Positions 1 to 9,369 of a stretch of 61,912 bases of DNA are shown here, piece after piece. Below the pieces are notes generated by a model. That model had not been told where the DNA came from, ran no database searches, and was given only the letters and a program-made list of their open reading frames with translations. The number at the start of each line of letters is the position of its first letter. Within the stretch, counting starts at the first letter, position 1. The stretch spans positions 1 through 61,912 of the forward strand of contig CAYWEO010000006.1 in NCBI GenBank assembly GCA_964457855.1, given 5' to 3'. The stretch is from an uncultured Opitutales bacterium (GTDB lineage: Bacteria > Verrucomicrobiota > Verrucomicrobiia > Opitutales > CAYWEO01). A program made the position numbers and the translations under genes.

Positions 1-192
1 AAGCCCTTGGCAGTAAACAATTTCTTTCCGTTGTGCAATATGGCGATAAAAGGATCCTTCTTGGCGTTACACAGAGTTCAATCGAGTATTTGTGCACGCT
101 GCAATCGCCGGAGGAACATCCGCAAGAAATCGAAAAGGCGGATGCGGATAAGTTTCGGGCGTCCGTTGCGAACAAAAGTTAATGGTGGATAA
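1..192 (+). CDS. 3' end of an unidentified CDS entering from upstream (partial)
   Basis: Frame is open from base 1 to TAA at 190-192. The stop overlaps the ATG of the next gene (TAATG). Arg/Lys-rich tail with no recognisable family. Confidence 0.3.
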   Translation, partial: KPLAVNNFFPLCNMAIKGSFLALHRVQSSICARCNRRRNIRKKSKRRMRISFGRPLRTKVNGG

Positions 193-1856
193 TGGATACG
201 ATGGTTCAGGAATCGAGAAACGCCCGAGATGTCTTTAGTGTTGTGGCGCAACGAATTCCGGATCAATGTGCGGTAAAATTCCCTCAGCGCTCGTTAATTT
301 TACGGAAACTGTCCTATCGGGAGTCAACGTTTAGGGATTTGGAGATTCTCGTCCAACGAGTTGTGGTGTATTGCGCTCAAAAGGGACTTCAAAAGGGCGA
401 CCGCGTCCTTGTGGTACTAAAGCCGGGAGTTGAGCTAATGGCAACGATTTTTGCGCTTTTCAAGTTGGGTGCCATTCCCATCATTCTCGATTGTGGTATG
501 TCTATGAGAACGCTATTTAGTTGCGTAAAGCATTCTCAACCAACGGCATGGATCGGCTCCCAACTGCTTCATGCATTTTGCACCCTCTATCGATCGCCTT
601 TCGTCTCGATTAAACACTTTTTTGTTCCATCGCAACTATTTGCAGAACTTTCATCCGAGAAAGGGCTTCCCGAAGCGCAACTCCCTGATATCCAAAGCGA
701 AGACGTGGCAGCCATCGTGTTTACGTCCGGGTCAACCGGTCGTCCAAAGGGAGTTGTTTACAAGCACAAACACTTTCTGGCCCAACTCGATAGCTTGCGC
801 GATTTTTATCAGATTCATGTAGGCGAAGTCGACTTGCCGCTTTTGCCGATCTTCACACTGTTCAATCCCTGCCTAGGAATGACAACGGTTTTACCGGAAA
901 TCAATTTCAAAAAGCCCGCTAAACTGAACCCTCGCAAGGTCCTTCAGGCCATCCAGCAATGCGGCGTCACAAATGCCTTTGGAGCACCGGTTTTGTGGCA
1001 AAAAATCGTCGATTTTTGTGGGGAAAAGGGCGTACAATTGCCCTCATTAAAGCGTCTTTTCATCGCTGGAGCTTCCGTTCCTCCAAATCTTCTCGAGGGG
1101 TTAAAAAAAACCTTCCCCAATGCCGAAATTCACACGCCCTACGGAGCCACAGAGGCCCTCCCAATCGCTTCTTTTTCAGATCGCGAACTCCTCAACAAGG
1201 ACATCATTGAGCGAACGCTTTCCGGCCATGGAACTTGCGTCGGAAAGCCGTTACCTCAGAGAGAGATAGGAATTATTCCGATCGTTGACGGTGTTATTGC
1301 AAGCATTCAAGAGGTTGCCTTTTTACCAGAGAACCAAGTCGGCGAGATTGTCGTCAAGGGACCCGTTGTTACCGAAGCTTACGACCAGTTGATTGACGAG
1401 ACGCGCCTTGCAAAAATTCCCGCAGAAAACGGCGTTTTCTGGCACCGCATGGGCGACTTGGGCTATCTGGACTCTGCCGGCCGCCTTTGGTTCTGCGGAC
1501 GTAAAATCGAGCGCGTCGACGCTCCCGGTGGCACATTCTACACCGATTGCTGCGAAAACATCTTTAATCAACATCCTCAAATCAAACGTTCGGCCCTCAT
1601 CGCCCTCCGCATTTCCCATAATCTCTGCCTCCCAGCGATCGTCATCCAACCGAAATCTGCTTTCCAATCCCAACAGAGAAAAGGATTCTTTATCAACGAA
1701 TTGCACGCTTTTGCAAAAAAATTCCCCGTAACACGCAACATCGAACACTTCTTCCTCTGCGACAAATTCCCCGTCGATGTTCGCCATAACACCAAAATCC
1801 ATAGACTCAAAATGAGCCGTGTGTATTCGGATTGGTTTTTGCGGATTTTAAGGTAG
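192..1856 (+). CDS. AMP-dependent synthetase/ligase (acyl-CoA or fatty-acyl-AMP ligase family)
   Basis: Adenylation motifs are present: TSGSTGRPKGV, YGATE, and GDLGYLDSAGRLWFCGRK. Confidence 0.85.
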   Translation: MDTMVQESRNARDVFSVVAQRIPDQCAVKFPQRSLILRKLSYRESTFRDLEILVQRVVVYCAQKGLQKGDRVLVVLKPGVELMATIFALFKLGAIPIILDCGMSMRTLFSCVKHSQPTAWIGSQLLHAFCTLYRSPFVSIKHFFVPSQLFAELSSEKGLPEAQLPDIQSEDVAAIVFTSGSTGRPKGVVYKHKHFLAQLDSLRDFYQIHVGEVDLPLLPIFTLFNPCLGMTTVLPEINFKKPAKLNPRKVLQAIQQCGVTNAFGAPVLWQKIVDFCGEKGVQLPSLKRLFIAGASVPPNLLEGLKKTFPNAEIHTPYGATEALPIASFSDRELLNKDIIERTLSGHGTCVGKPLPQREIGIIPIVDGVIASIQEVAFLPENQVGEIVVKGPVVTEAYDQLIDETRLAKIPAENGVFWHRMGDLGYLDSAGRLWFCGRKIERVDAPGGTFYTDCCENIFNQHPQIKRSALIALRISHNLCLPAIVIQPKSAFQSQQRKGFFINELHAFAKKFPVTRNIEHFFLCDKFPVDVRHNTKIHRLKMSRVYSDWFLRILR

Positions 1857-1865
1857 AGGTAAGCA

Positions 1866-2185
1866 TTCGAAAACTTTTCTTATCCCGAGAAAAGAAATGG
1901 GACATCGAGCATGGCATCTCTTTCGAGCGGCGGGTGCGTTGCGCATCGGATCGCAAATTGCTTACGTATTTCTTATATACGCGCGCAATTTGCGCTCTCG
2001 CGCGCCTGCCCGTCATCTCGAAATAGGAGCCACGCTCGACGTCCCAACGTTTCCGAACCTTCAAAAGAAAAGCGATATCGGAAGGCATTTTTCCGGCACT
2101 ATGTGCCAGAAAAATGCCTTCCGAATAGGAGTTTTTTTGGAAAGGGTCCGGGAAAACCTATTTTTGTAAAAAATGGTTTTCCCGG
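1866..2185 (-). repeat. Tripartite hairpin mosaic, order H3-H2-H1 on the + strand, with H3 interrupted by L element copy L1
   Basis: H3 pieces lie at 1866-1898 and 2046-2057, H2 at 2078-2124 and H1 at 2148-2185. The conserved linkers CCTTCAAAAGAAAAGCGATA and ATAGGAGTTTTTTTGGAAAGGGT are present. Confidence 0.85.
1899..2045 (+). repeat. L element copy L1 (subfamily LC, about 147 nt long imperfect hairpin)
   Basis: The outer stem GGGACATCGAGCATGGCATCTCTTTCGAG pairs with CTCGAAATAGGAGCCACGCTCGACGTCCC. The basal loop is CGG opposite TCAT. The apex is GCAAATTGC-TTA-CGTAT..ATACG-CGC-GCAATTTGC. Confidence 0.85.
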
Positions 2186-2652
2186 CGGTTCCGATAAAGG
2201 CAAACCGAAAAATTGGCGTTGGACGTGATTGTTGACAGGAGGGTGAAGGCATCTTCGAAGGGGGGGAAGAAGGAGTCGCCGGGAGGGGTCTGGTGGACGG
2301 TTGTGAGGAAGAGGGTCTGGCAGTAGGGGAGGAGGCGGGAGTAGATTTCGCTTCCGCCGCAGACCCAAATGATTGGGTCGGAGAGGGTTTTGATGTCGGA
2401 GAGGGAGTGGAGGACGGTGACGTTGGGGATGGATAAAGATTGCCGCGAGAGGACGATTGTTTTGCGTCCTGGGAGCGGGAATCCGATGGATTCGAAGGTT
2501 TTTCTGCCCATGAGGAGGGTATGGCCGAGGGTCGTCTTTTTGAAAAAGGCGAGATCTTCGGGGATGTTCCATGGAATGCCTCCTTGGTAGCCGATGACGC
2601 GGTTTTGGGCCATAGCGGCGATGGCGTGGAGGGTTGGGGCGGCGGTTGTCAT
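2158..2652 (-). CDS. folA: Dihydrofolate reductase
   Basis: Carries the DHFR signature [43 protein letters not shown]. Its start overlaps the thyA stop (ATGA). The last 8 codons and the stop lie inside repeat hairpin H1. Confidence 0.9.
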   Translation of the reverse strand: MTTAAPTLHAIAAMAQNRVIGYQGGIPWNIPEDLAFFKKTTLGHTLLMGRKTFESIGFPLPGRKTIVLSRQSLSIPNVTVLHSLSDIKTLSDPIIWVCGGSEIYSRLLPYCQTLFLTTVHQTPPGDSFFPPFEDAFTLLSTITSNANFSVCLYRNRRENHFLQK

Positions 2653-3446
2653 ATCGCGATGGGGGCCCTGATGGCGGGTTGGGGGTTGTAGCCGACGATT
2701 TCGAAGTCCTCGAACACAAAATCATCGATGTTTTTGCGATTTGGGTTCAATTTTAATTTAGGCAGCTCGCGTGGCTGGCGTGAAAGTTGTTCGTTAACCG
2801 CTTCAATATGATTGAGATAGATGTGGGCATCCCCGAGCGTGTGGATGAATTCCTTCGGTTTGAGCCCGCAGACGTGCGCAATCATGGAAGTGAGGAGCGC
2901 GTAGGATGCAATGTTGAAGGGGACCCCGAGGAAGCAATCGGCGCTGCGTTGGTAAAGTTGGCAGCTGAGTTCTTTTTGCGTTGAAACGTAGAACTGGAAC
3001 AGCGCGTGGCAGGGGGGGAGGGCCATGCGAGGGATGTCGGTCGGATTCCACGCGGAAACGATGTGGCGGCGTCCAAAGGGGGCCTCGCGGATGCTTTTGA
3101 TCACCGCCGCGATTTGGTCGATGGCCTTCTCATCGTACGTTTGCCAGCGCCTCCACTGAGCTCCATAAACAGGGCCCAAATTCCCATCTTTATCGGCCCA
3201 CTCGTTCCAAATACTAACGCCATTTTCATTCAGGTACCGCACATTCGTATCGCCCTTAAGAAACCACAGCAGCTCGTGAAAAATCGACTTTATGTGCAGC
3301 TTTTTCGTCGTCAAAAGCGGAAAATACTCCCCAATCGGATAATGCGTCTGGACGCCAAACACGCCGATCGTCCCCGTTCCCGTGCGATCCGGACGTCGAT
3401 CGCCGTGTTCAAGAATGTGCTGTAGGAGTAGAAGGTAAGGTCTCAT
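2649..3446 (-). CDS. thyA: Thymidylate synthase (ThyA type)
   Basis: Carries the classic ThyA motifs DRTGTGT, LTTKK and the PPCH-type region [13 protein letters not shown]. The start was trimmed to the ATG at 3446 (MRPYLLL) because the longer ORF only reads through a repeat. Confidence 0.93.
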   Translation of the reverse strand: MRPYLLLLQHILEHGDRRPDRTGTGTIGVFGVQTHYPIGEYFPLLTTKKLHIKSIFHELLWFLKGDTNVRYLNENGVSIWNEWADKDGNLGPVYGAQWRRWQTYDEKAIDQIAAVIKSIREAPFGRRHIVSAWNPTDIPRMALPPCHALFQFYVSTQKELSCQLYQRSADCFLGVPFNIASYALLTSMIAHVCGLKPKEFIHTLGDAHIYLNHIEAVNEQLSRQPRELPKLKLNPNRKNIDDFVFEDFEIVGYNPQPAIRAPIAI

Positions 3447-3476
3447 ATGTGAGGAGGGAAGGAGGGGATGGTTTTT

Positions 3477-3588
3477 CCGGAGAACCATTTTTTTGCAAAA
3501 AATTGGTTCTCCGGACCTCTCCAAAAAAAACTCTTATTCGAAAAGCATTTTTGCTGCAAGCAAAAATGCCTTTCGATATTTTTCCGAA
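3477..3588 (+). repeat. Tripartite hairpin mosaic, H1-H2 plus an H3 remnant
   Basis: H1 at 3477-3514 is CCGGAGAACCATTTTTTTGCAAAAAATTGGTTCTCCGG. H2 at 3538-3576 is TCGAAAAGCATTTTTGCTGCAAGCAAAAATGCCTTTCGA. A remnant TTTTTCCGAA follows. Confidence 0.85.
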
Positions 3589-3652
3589 AAAAGCAATTGA
3601 CGTTTTGAGCGAGAACTTGCTGGATAGTAAATGTGAGTTGATAGATTCGCTA

Positions 3653-3726
3653 GCGGGCGTAGTTTAATGGTAAAACGCCAGCCTTCCAAGCTGGACTCGT
3701 GGGTTCGATTCCCTCCGCCCGCACCA
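3653..3726 (+). tRNA. tRNA-Gly (anticodon UCC), CCA encoded
   Basis: The cloverleaf was folded by hand. The acceptor is GCGGGCG/CGCCCGC, the anticodon arm is CCAGC-CUUCCAA-GCUGG, the T loop is UUCGAUU, and the 3' end is ACCA. Confidence 0.9.
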
Positions 3727-3811
3727 ATGCGCACTCAAATGTCTTGAGGATCCCGTAGGTGTTTTTGCTGTTCCGCAATCAAGGCGTTCGCTATTGCTTC
3801 CTTATTTTTCT

Positions 3812-4954
3812 ATGAGATCATTGCTTTTAAAGATTTTTGCCCCACTTGCGGCTTTATTTGTTTTCTTTTGCGGGAATAGTTGGATGAACACGTTGGTTCC
3901 GTTAAAACTGCACTTGATGATCGGGGGTATGGGTTGGGTAGGCCTCTTAACGACAGCGTTTTATGCGGGATATGTTCTTAGCGCCTTTCGCATCAATCGG
4001 TTTATTATTCGTGCGGGATCTCTCGCAACGTATGCGATTTTTACGTGCTTGGTGCTGATCATAGCATTGACTTATACGATGTCCGCGAACCCTCTTCTTT
4101 GGGTCTTGGGACGCTTTGTAAACGGTTTTTGCGTCGCAACCATATGGATCGTGATCAAAAGCTGGTGTTTAGAAGTGGGAGGAAAAGAACGGCGTGGGCT
4201 TGCAATGGCTGCTTTCATGGGAACATTTAACAGCGCTCAGCTCGTTGCACAATATATGGTGCGCTACGAGACAATGAGCGACCATAAACCCTTCTGTGTC
4301 ATTGCGATTTTGATGGCTGCTTCCGTGATGACATTGTTTTTGTTGCGAGCGACCCCACCTGAATTTCACAGCACGCAATCCACTTTAAATTTGAGGAGTC
4401 TCTTTAAAATCTCTCGTGTGGGAGTGCTTGGTTGTTTGTTCAGTGGCATGTTGATGGGTGCCATGTATGGATTGCTGCCGTCCTGCATCCACGAGCTCGG
4501 CTTTGATACGAAGGGGGTTTCTTGGACGATGATGTTGGTCGTGTTCGGAGGTGTTCTTTTTCAGTTACCCATAGGGAAATTGGCCGATACGTTTCATGCG
4601 CGTTTTGTGTTGAGGTGGGTGACTATTTTTGCACTTTTGTCGAACGTGGTAGTTATTTTGACCCATGCTTCTCATTTCTTTTTCCCTCTCATCTGCTTGA
4701 TTGGAGGTTGCGGATTTGTGACGTACGCCCTCAGCATCAACCTGGGATGCGAGGCCGTTGAAGGAAAACACCTCGTCAGTGCAACGACGGGTCTCCTCGT
4801 CGTCTACGGACTCGGCGCCGCGATCGGCCCATTGCTGGCCTCCAGCGTCATCAAATTCGCGGGCCCCATCGGGATCTTTATGTTCTTCGCCTCCATGCTA
4901 GCCTTGACGCTCCTCGCCAGCATGACGCAAGGGCGTCGTCGTGCTTCGGCGTGA
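3812..4954 (+). CDS. MFS-type transporter (about 12 predicted TM segments)
   Basis: The protein is long and hydrophobic with MFS-like organisation. The start is either the ATG at 3812 or the TTG at 3794. Confidence 0.7.
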   Translation: MRSLLLKIFAPLAALFVFFCGNSWMNTLVPLKLHLMIGGMGWVGLLTTAFYAGYVLSAFRINRFIIRAGSLATYAIFTCLVLIIALTYTMSANPLLWVLGRFVNGFCVATIWIVIKSWCLEVGGKERRGLAMAAFMGTFNSAQLVAQYMVRYETMSDHKPFCVIAILMAASVMTLFLLRATPPEFHSTQSTLNLRSLFKISRVGVLGCLFSGMLMGAMYGLLPSCIHELGFDTKGVSWTMMLVVFGGVLFQLPIGKLADTFHARFVLRWVTIFALLSNVVVILTHASHFFFPLICLIGGCGFVTYALSINLGCEAVEGKHLVSATTGLLVVYGLGAAIGPLLASSVIKFAGPIGIFMFFASMLALTLLASMTQGRRRASA

Positions 4955-4964
4955 TGAAGAGGAG

Positions 4965-5023
4965 GAGAAAAAGGTTGCCGAACCCTCCAAAGAAAAGCGG
5001 TATTTTTACCCTTTTGGTAAAAA
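4965..5023 (-). repeat. Degenerate remnant of the tripartite mosaic (H3 half, linker, short hairpin)
   Basis: GAGAAAAAGGTTGCCGAA is followed by the linker CCCTCCAAAGAAAAGCGGTA and then the hairpin TTTTTACCCTTTTGGTAAAAA. Confidence 0.6.
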
Positions 5024-5227
5024 TGGAGCAAGTAAGGGTGAGGAAACTGCAAAGTAACTAAGGCAATTTCCTCACATCTTCTCGCTACTTCGTCAATGGA
5101 TCTTTACCCAGGGCATCGCGTTCTGCAGTTGCCTAATCTCTGCAGTGTCTATTTGAGGACAATCCAACGATAGATTTTGTAACAACTTGCAATTAGATAA
5201 TCCGTCTAGAAATGTTTTTAGGTGTGT

Positions 5228-5851
5228 TTAGCGACCTCCAACTGCGCTTTGGTAGAGTCTAAAAGTTTCTGCAAAGACTTGGAGTTGTTCATTAAAACGC
5301 TGTCTTTTACTGACATAAAGTCGCTGATTTGGGGAGTTCTTTAACTGCTGAATGAGGTTGAACTGAATTTCTAAATACCGCATGAACAACTTTGTTGTTA
5401 CATTTTCGAAATTGCCCAAGCCAGCTGTGCTTAAATTCGGCATGTTCACGGGAGGTAAGTTACGGTTGTTTATGAGCGCGGAAACTTGAGAGAAATACAT
5501 TCTGCTAATAGCTTGCATGATTTGGATTTCTTTGACAAAGGCTTGCAGGTGACGAGTATAAAATTGCGGATCAACTTCCCGGAATTGTTTGATGAAACTG
5601 TATTTTAGTTCTAAATATTCTCCCAAAGCCCTCGCGGACATTTCTTCTACATTACCAGGTTTGTTGGTATGTGCTCCGGGTTTGTCGGTATGCCCTCCTG
5701 GATGGACTTGGTTTCGAGAATCTCCAGAATTCGGCGGCCTTTGATCTGCCTGATTCCGATTGCTTACTTGATTTGCGTTTGTGCCAGACCTGTTCGTCCA
5801 TGGGGTTGGTTCGTTACCGCCTGAAGCGTTCGAACCAGCTGCGAGAATCAA
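5228..5851 (-). CDS. Hypothetical protein with a low-complexity N/P/G/H-rich N-terminus (orphan)
   Basis: ORF lies in a visibly AT-rich island. The long form starts with TTG. An alternative ATG at 5641 gives MSARALGEY. No family is recognisable. Confidence 0.45.
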   Translation of the reverse strand: MILAAGSNASGGNEPTPWTNRSGTNANQVSNRNQADQRPPNSGDSRNQVHPGGHTDKPGAHTNKPGNVEEMSARALGEYLELKYSFIKQFREVDPQFYTRHLQAFVKEIQIMQAISRMYFSQVSALINNRNLPPVNMPNLSTAGLGNFENVTTKLFMRYLEIQFNLIQQLKNSPNQRLYVSKRQRFNEQLQVFAETFRLYQSAVGGR

Positions 5852-6100
5852 CGTCGCGGTGAATAGTTTATAAGTTGTTTTTAAGAATTGTTTTAGTATT
5901 TTTATAGTGTGTTGTTTAATTGTGTGAGCTAAGCAGTGAAGCCGAGCGTCAATATCATTCTAAAATGATTTTTGAATTGCTGTCAAACGTATAAGGGTAG
6001 GGGGTGGTTTTCGGTCAAGGGAAAAGAAAGAGAGGGGAAAATTCCACTCTCTTTTACAGAGCTTGTAAAGCAAAACTTATCTTGTGAGCTTATTAAGGTG

Positions 6101-6616
6101 TCATTTTTTTGGAAAATAAGATATACCATTGAAAAGTACGCGAAATTTAACTTCGCTATTGTTTTCCATAAATTTAGCAATCCCTGACGCTGACACTTCT
6201 GTCCCTGTTAAAACAACAGTTTCTAATTTCTTAGAGTATTTGCTGCCAATTCTCCCCAAGATAGACAGGTCTATGCCTTTGCAATTTGTAAAGTTTATGT
6301 ATGCTAGGTCTTCGGGAAGAGGTATATCGAACATAACGTTCTTAGTTACAAAAGAACCTGTGACGTCCAAACCCCCCAAGTGCTTTATTAGTTGGACTGC
6401 TTTTTCTACGAAATAATCATTTCCTAGTTCGTTCGGGCAACAACTGAGATCGAGTATAGTTATATAATCTTTATTCTCCTTGATATAATCCATTGCCTCC
6501 TGGGATGTAGTGCCAGCCGCGGGTTTATAAGTCTCTGCATTTGCCGAGTAAATGGCGGCCACTGCCATAAGCGCTAAAATTAGCCCTTGTTTACAATTGG
6601 TGTATAGTTTTTTCAT
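6101..6616 (-). CDS. Secreted cysteine-type leucine-rich-repeat (RNI/FBXL-like) protein
   Basis: The signal peptide is MKKLYTNCKQGLILALMAVAAIYSANA. LRR units include LDLSCCPNEL, INFTNCKGIDLSIL and LETVVLTGTEVSASGI. Confidence 0.7.
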   Translation of the reverse strand: MKKLYTNCKQGLILALMAVAAIYSANAETYKPAAGTTSQEAMDYIKENKDYITILDLSCCPNELGNDYFVEKAVQLIKHLGGLDVTGSFVTKNVMFDIPLPEDLAYINFTNCKGIDLSILGRIGSKYSKKLETVVLTGTEVSASGIAKFMENNSEVKFRVLFNGISYFPKK

Positions 6617-6763
6617 AGAATTAATGTTGTGTTATGTTATATTAATTTTTTCGACATCAGCCAAAAAACCCATCATAGATCATAAGGTTTATGAAGACAA
6701 GCACCAAAATTAAGAAATCGCATAGTGTTGACAAGCTAAAAACAATGTTGTTTGTTAAACAGT

Positions 6764-7795
6764 ATGCTCTATAGATGGTTGAGTTATTTGACTAAGTTCT
6801 TTTCCAACGATATCGGAATTGATTTAGGGACGGCGAATACCCTCGTTTTCGTCAAGGATAAGGGAATCTTTCTGCGCGAACCGAGTGTAGTGGCCGTTTA
6901 CGCTGGGACAAAGAAGGTCAAAGCCGTTGGTATGGAAGCCAAACGGATGTTGGGACGAACGCCCGGGAATGTGACGGTGATTCGGCCCATGAAGGATGGT
7001 GTGATTGCTGATTTCGAGATTACGGAGGCGATGTTGCGGTATTTCATCAATAGAGTGACGCGTCACGCGAAATTTATTCCGCCACGCATCGTGATCGCCG
7101 TTCCGTCCGGTATCACAGAGGTGGAGCGTCGGGCGGTGCGGGAGTCTGCCATTCATGCGGGTGCGCGGGAAGTGTACCTCCTGCAAGAACCCATTGCCGC
7201 CGCGATTGGGGTGCAGTTGCCGATAGAAGAACCTGCTGCAAACATGATTGTTGACATCGGTGGTGGTACGACGGAGGTTGCGATCCTTTCGTTGGCGGGC
7301 GTCGTCTTTTCGAAGAGTTTGCGTGTCGGTGGTGACGAATTTGACATGGCCATTACGCATTACATGAAACGGCAGTACAATCTGGTCATCGGCGAACGGA
7401 TGGCGGAGGATATCAAAATTTCCCTCGGGTCCGCGATGCCTCTGGAAAAGGAACTGACTTTGGAGGTCAAAGGACGCGATTCCATTATCGGATTGCCGCG
7501 AACGGTGACGATTACGTCCGAGGAAATCCGGGAAGCCATGAGCGATACACTGAAGAGTATCGTTGACATGGTGAAGGGCTCCCTTGAACGCTGTCCGCCG
7601 GAATTGTCTGCAGACTTGGTCGATCGCGGGATTGTTTTGGCCGGAGGCGGGTCGTTGATTAGGCACATTGACCGCTTGATTAGTCAGGCGACGGAGCTGC
7701 CTGTTGTCGTGGCGGAAGATCCCTTAAGTGCTGTGGCGAACGGGACTGGAGCGGTGCTGCAGAATTTGAATTTCTGGTCAAACGAAGAGCGCTAG
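6764..7795 (+). CDS. mreB: Rod shape-determining actin homologue MreB
   Basis: Carries [14 protein letters not shown] and [10 protein letters not shown] plus the C-terminal region typical of MreB. An alternative TTG start lies at 6752. Confidence 0.95.
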   Translation: MLYRWLSYLTKFFSNDIGIDLGTANTLVFVKDKGIFLREPSVVAVYAGTKKVKAVGMEAKRMLGRTPGNVTVIRPMKDGVIADFEITEAMLRYFINRVTRHAKFIPPRIVIAVPSGITEVERRAVRESAIHAGAREVYLLQEPIAAAIGVQLPIEEPAANMIVDIGGGTTEVAILSLAGVVFSKSLRVGGDEFDMAITHYMKRQYNLVIGERMAEDIKISLGSAMPLEKELTLEVKGRDSIIGLPRTVTITSEEIREAMSDTLKSIVDMVKGSLERCPPELSADLVDRGIVLAGGGSLIRHIDRLISQATELPVVVAEDPLSAVANGTGAVLQNLNFWSNEER

Positions 7796-7807
7796 AAACT
7801 ATTCGGT

Positions 7808-8641
7808 GTGTTGGGTCGCAAGCATTTCATCCGTGGTTTCATTTACTTAGGGGTTTTTGCGCTCGGTTGGTGGTTCTTATCGCTAGGCGTCAGGGCGGTT
7901 GTGCGGATCATTGCTTTTGAATTCCAATCTCCCGTTTGGTCCATGGCAAGCCGCGTGGAGGGCATTTGGGACTTTGTGACGTTTTCGCGATACTCGAAGG
8001 GGGAAATTTTCGAGAAATTCCGCGATTTAATGCAAGAAAACGCCTATAACAAGTTCCGCATCAAGGAGATGGAGGCGATAATACGCGAGCAGGAAGCTTT
8101 GTTGAAGTTCGCCCATGTGCTTAAACGAGAAAGTGGGTATCGTTACGAGGTAAGTCGAGTGATTTTACGTGAAATCGATGCCTGGAATCAGCAATTGGTG
8201 ATCGGTAAAGGACGTTTGCATGGAATTCGTGAAAATGCTGCTGTGATAGCGGATTTTTGGGTCGTCGGGCGCGTAAAGCATGTGTATTTGGCGACATCCG
8301 TTGTGGAATTGGTCAGTAGCGTTGGATTCCGTTTGATCGCGCAATTTGAGGGCGATGAGCGATCGGTTTTATACTATGGAATCGGCGGAAAATGGATCAG
8401 CGGTGGGTGTATGGGAGAGGTCAAGGAAGTCCCCCTGGAAATCGTTTTCAATGAGGGACATGCGAGACGTTTGGTGACGTCCTCCGTTGGAGGAATTTTT
8501 CCCGAAGGGTTGACTGTTGGGTGGGTAAACACGTTAACAAAGGATCCACAGGGGTTGTTTCAGAGCGGAGAGGTGTTGTTGCCCAAGCAGTTGGGTTCCG
8601 TGAGAGACGTTGCGGTATTGATGCCATTGTCCGAGAAATGA
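7808..8641 (+). CDS. mreC: Rod shape-determining protein MreC
   Basis: Lies directly after mreB. It has an N-terminal TM segment, a coiled segment, and a beta-rich C-terminal half typical of MreC. Confidence 0.8.
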   Translation: MLGRKHFIRGFIYLGVFALGWWFLSLGVRAVVRIIAFEFQSPVWSMASRVEGIWDFVTFSRYSKGEIFEKFRDLMQENAYNKFRIKEMEAIIREQEALLKFAHVLKRESGYRYEVSRVILREIDAWNQQLVIGKGRLHGIRENAAVIADFWVVGRVKHVYLATSVVELVSSVGFRLIAQFEGDERSVLYYGIGGKWISGGCMGEVKEVPLEIVFNEGHARRLVTSSVGGIFPEGLTVGWVNTLTKDPQGLFQSGEVLLPKQLGSVRDVAVLMPLSEK

Positions 8642-9159
8642 TGAGAAAACGTCCAGGATTGAAGATGTTGGTAATTACGTTTGCGAATGTTTTACTCCTG
8701 CTGGGCATGAATTTGCTAAACAGTGTCTTGTGCATTCGTGGGAAACAACTCGAATGGTGCGGATTTTGCATCATTTTCCCGGCATTTTACCTCCCGATTG
8801 GTTGGGGTCTAACGAGTGTTGGATTATTAGGACTGCTGTTGGACGTTTTCAAAGACGATGCGTATGGAATTTCGGCAATCTTGTTGATGATCAATCTGTT
8901 AATGCTGTTTTCCGTTCGTTACAACTTTTATGACAAAAGCGATGCGCAGTGTCTTTTTTTAGGCTTCCTATTCAACGGCTTATGGATCATGCAGAGAGAC
9001 GTTGTTCAAATGCTCCTTGCGGGGAAATGGGGCCCTTGGGGGTATTTTTTGACCAACGCCGCTTTTTCGCAATGCGCCATGTTGTTGATCGGTTGGGCAT
9101 TTTTTAAGTTGCAGAGATATTATTTGCGCCTCATTTTAGGGACTTACTGGGATAGATAG
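8638..9159 (+). CDS. mreD: Rod shape-determining protein MreD (polytopic membrane protein)
   Basis: The ATG at 8638 overlaps the mreC stop (ATGA). The protein is small and hydrophobic, in the canonical mreBCD position. Confidence 0.65.
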   Translation: MMRKRPGLKMLVITFANVLLLLGMNLLNSVLCIRGKQLEWCGFCIIFPAFYLPIGWGLTSVGLLGLLLDVFKDDAYGISAILLMINLLMLFSVRYNFYDKSDAQCLFLGFLFNGLWIMQRDVVQMLLAGKWGPWGYFLTNAAFSQCAMLLIGWAFFKLQRYYLRLILGTYWDR

Positions 9160-9162
9160 GTA

Positions 9163-9332
9163 TTCGGAAACTTTTCTTTTCCAGAGAAAAGAAGAAGTTT
9201 CCGAACCTTCAAAAGAAAAGCATATCGGAAGGCATTTTTTAGGCACGTAGTGCCACAAAAATGCCTTCCGAACGAGAGTTTTTTCAGGGGAGGTCCGGAG
9301 GGGGTTGTTTTTGCAAAAAATACCCCCTCCGG
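9163..9332 (-). repeat. Complete tripartite hairpin mosaic (H3-H2-H1 on the + strand)
   Basis: H3 lies at 9163-9205, H2 at 9225-9271 and H1 at 9295-9332. It fills the mreD-mrdA spacer. Confidence 0.9.
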
Positions 9333-9369
9333 AAATTTAACAACTGCATAACCTACCCAGCCTACGACC

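Noticed and set aside
2099-2725. A 208-aa proline/arginine-rich ORF.
   Set aside because: It is antisense to the well-supported folA and to the end of thyA. Its low-complexity composition is typical of the reverse frame of a real gene.
3447-3524. N-terminal extensions of thyA, and likewise of truA (52997-53074), atpG (60866-60949), the LysM lipoprotein (51767-51898), the GH13 enzyme (22689-22811) and the LRR protein (33296-33367).
   Set aside because: The extensions read through repeats, a tRNA gene or the preceding gene. Canonical family N-termini begin at the internal ATGs I chose.
6728-6766. A sigma-70-like promoter (TTGACA at 6728-6733) that would make mreB nearly leaderless.
   Set aside because: The -35 hexamer is perfect, but the best -10 candidate at 17-nt spacing (TTTGTT) is poor. 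The region is generally AT-rich, so chance matches are likely.
6824-7666. A 280-aa ORF antisense to mreB, with analogous long antisense ORFs at 21646-22461 (recJ), 43670-44266, 35376-35876 (accC) and 31782-32342.
   Set aside because: Each one overlaps a strongly conserved or clearly coding gene on the other strand and has Arg/Ser/Pro-rich shadow-frame composition.
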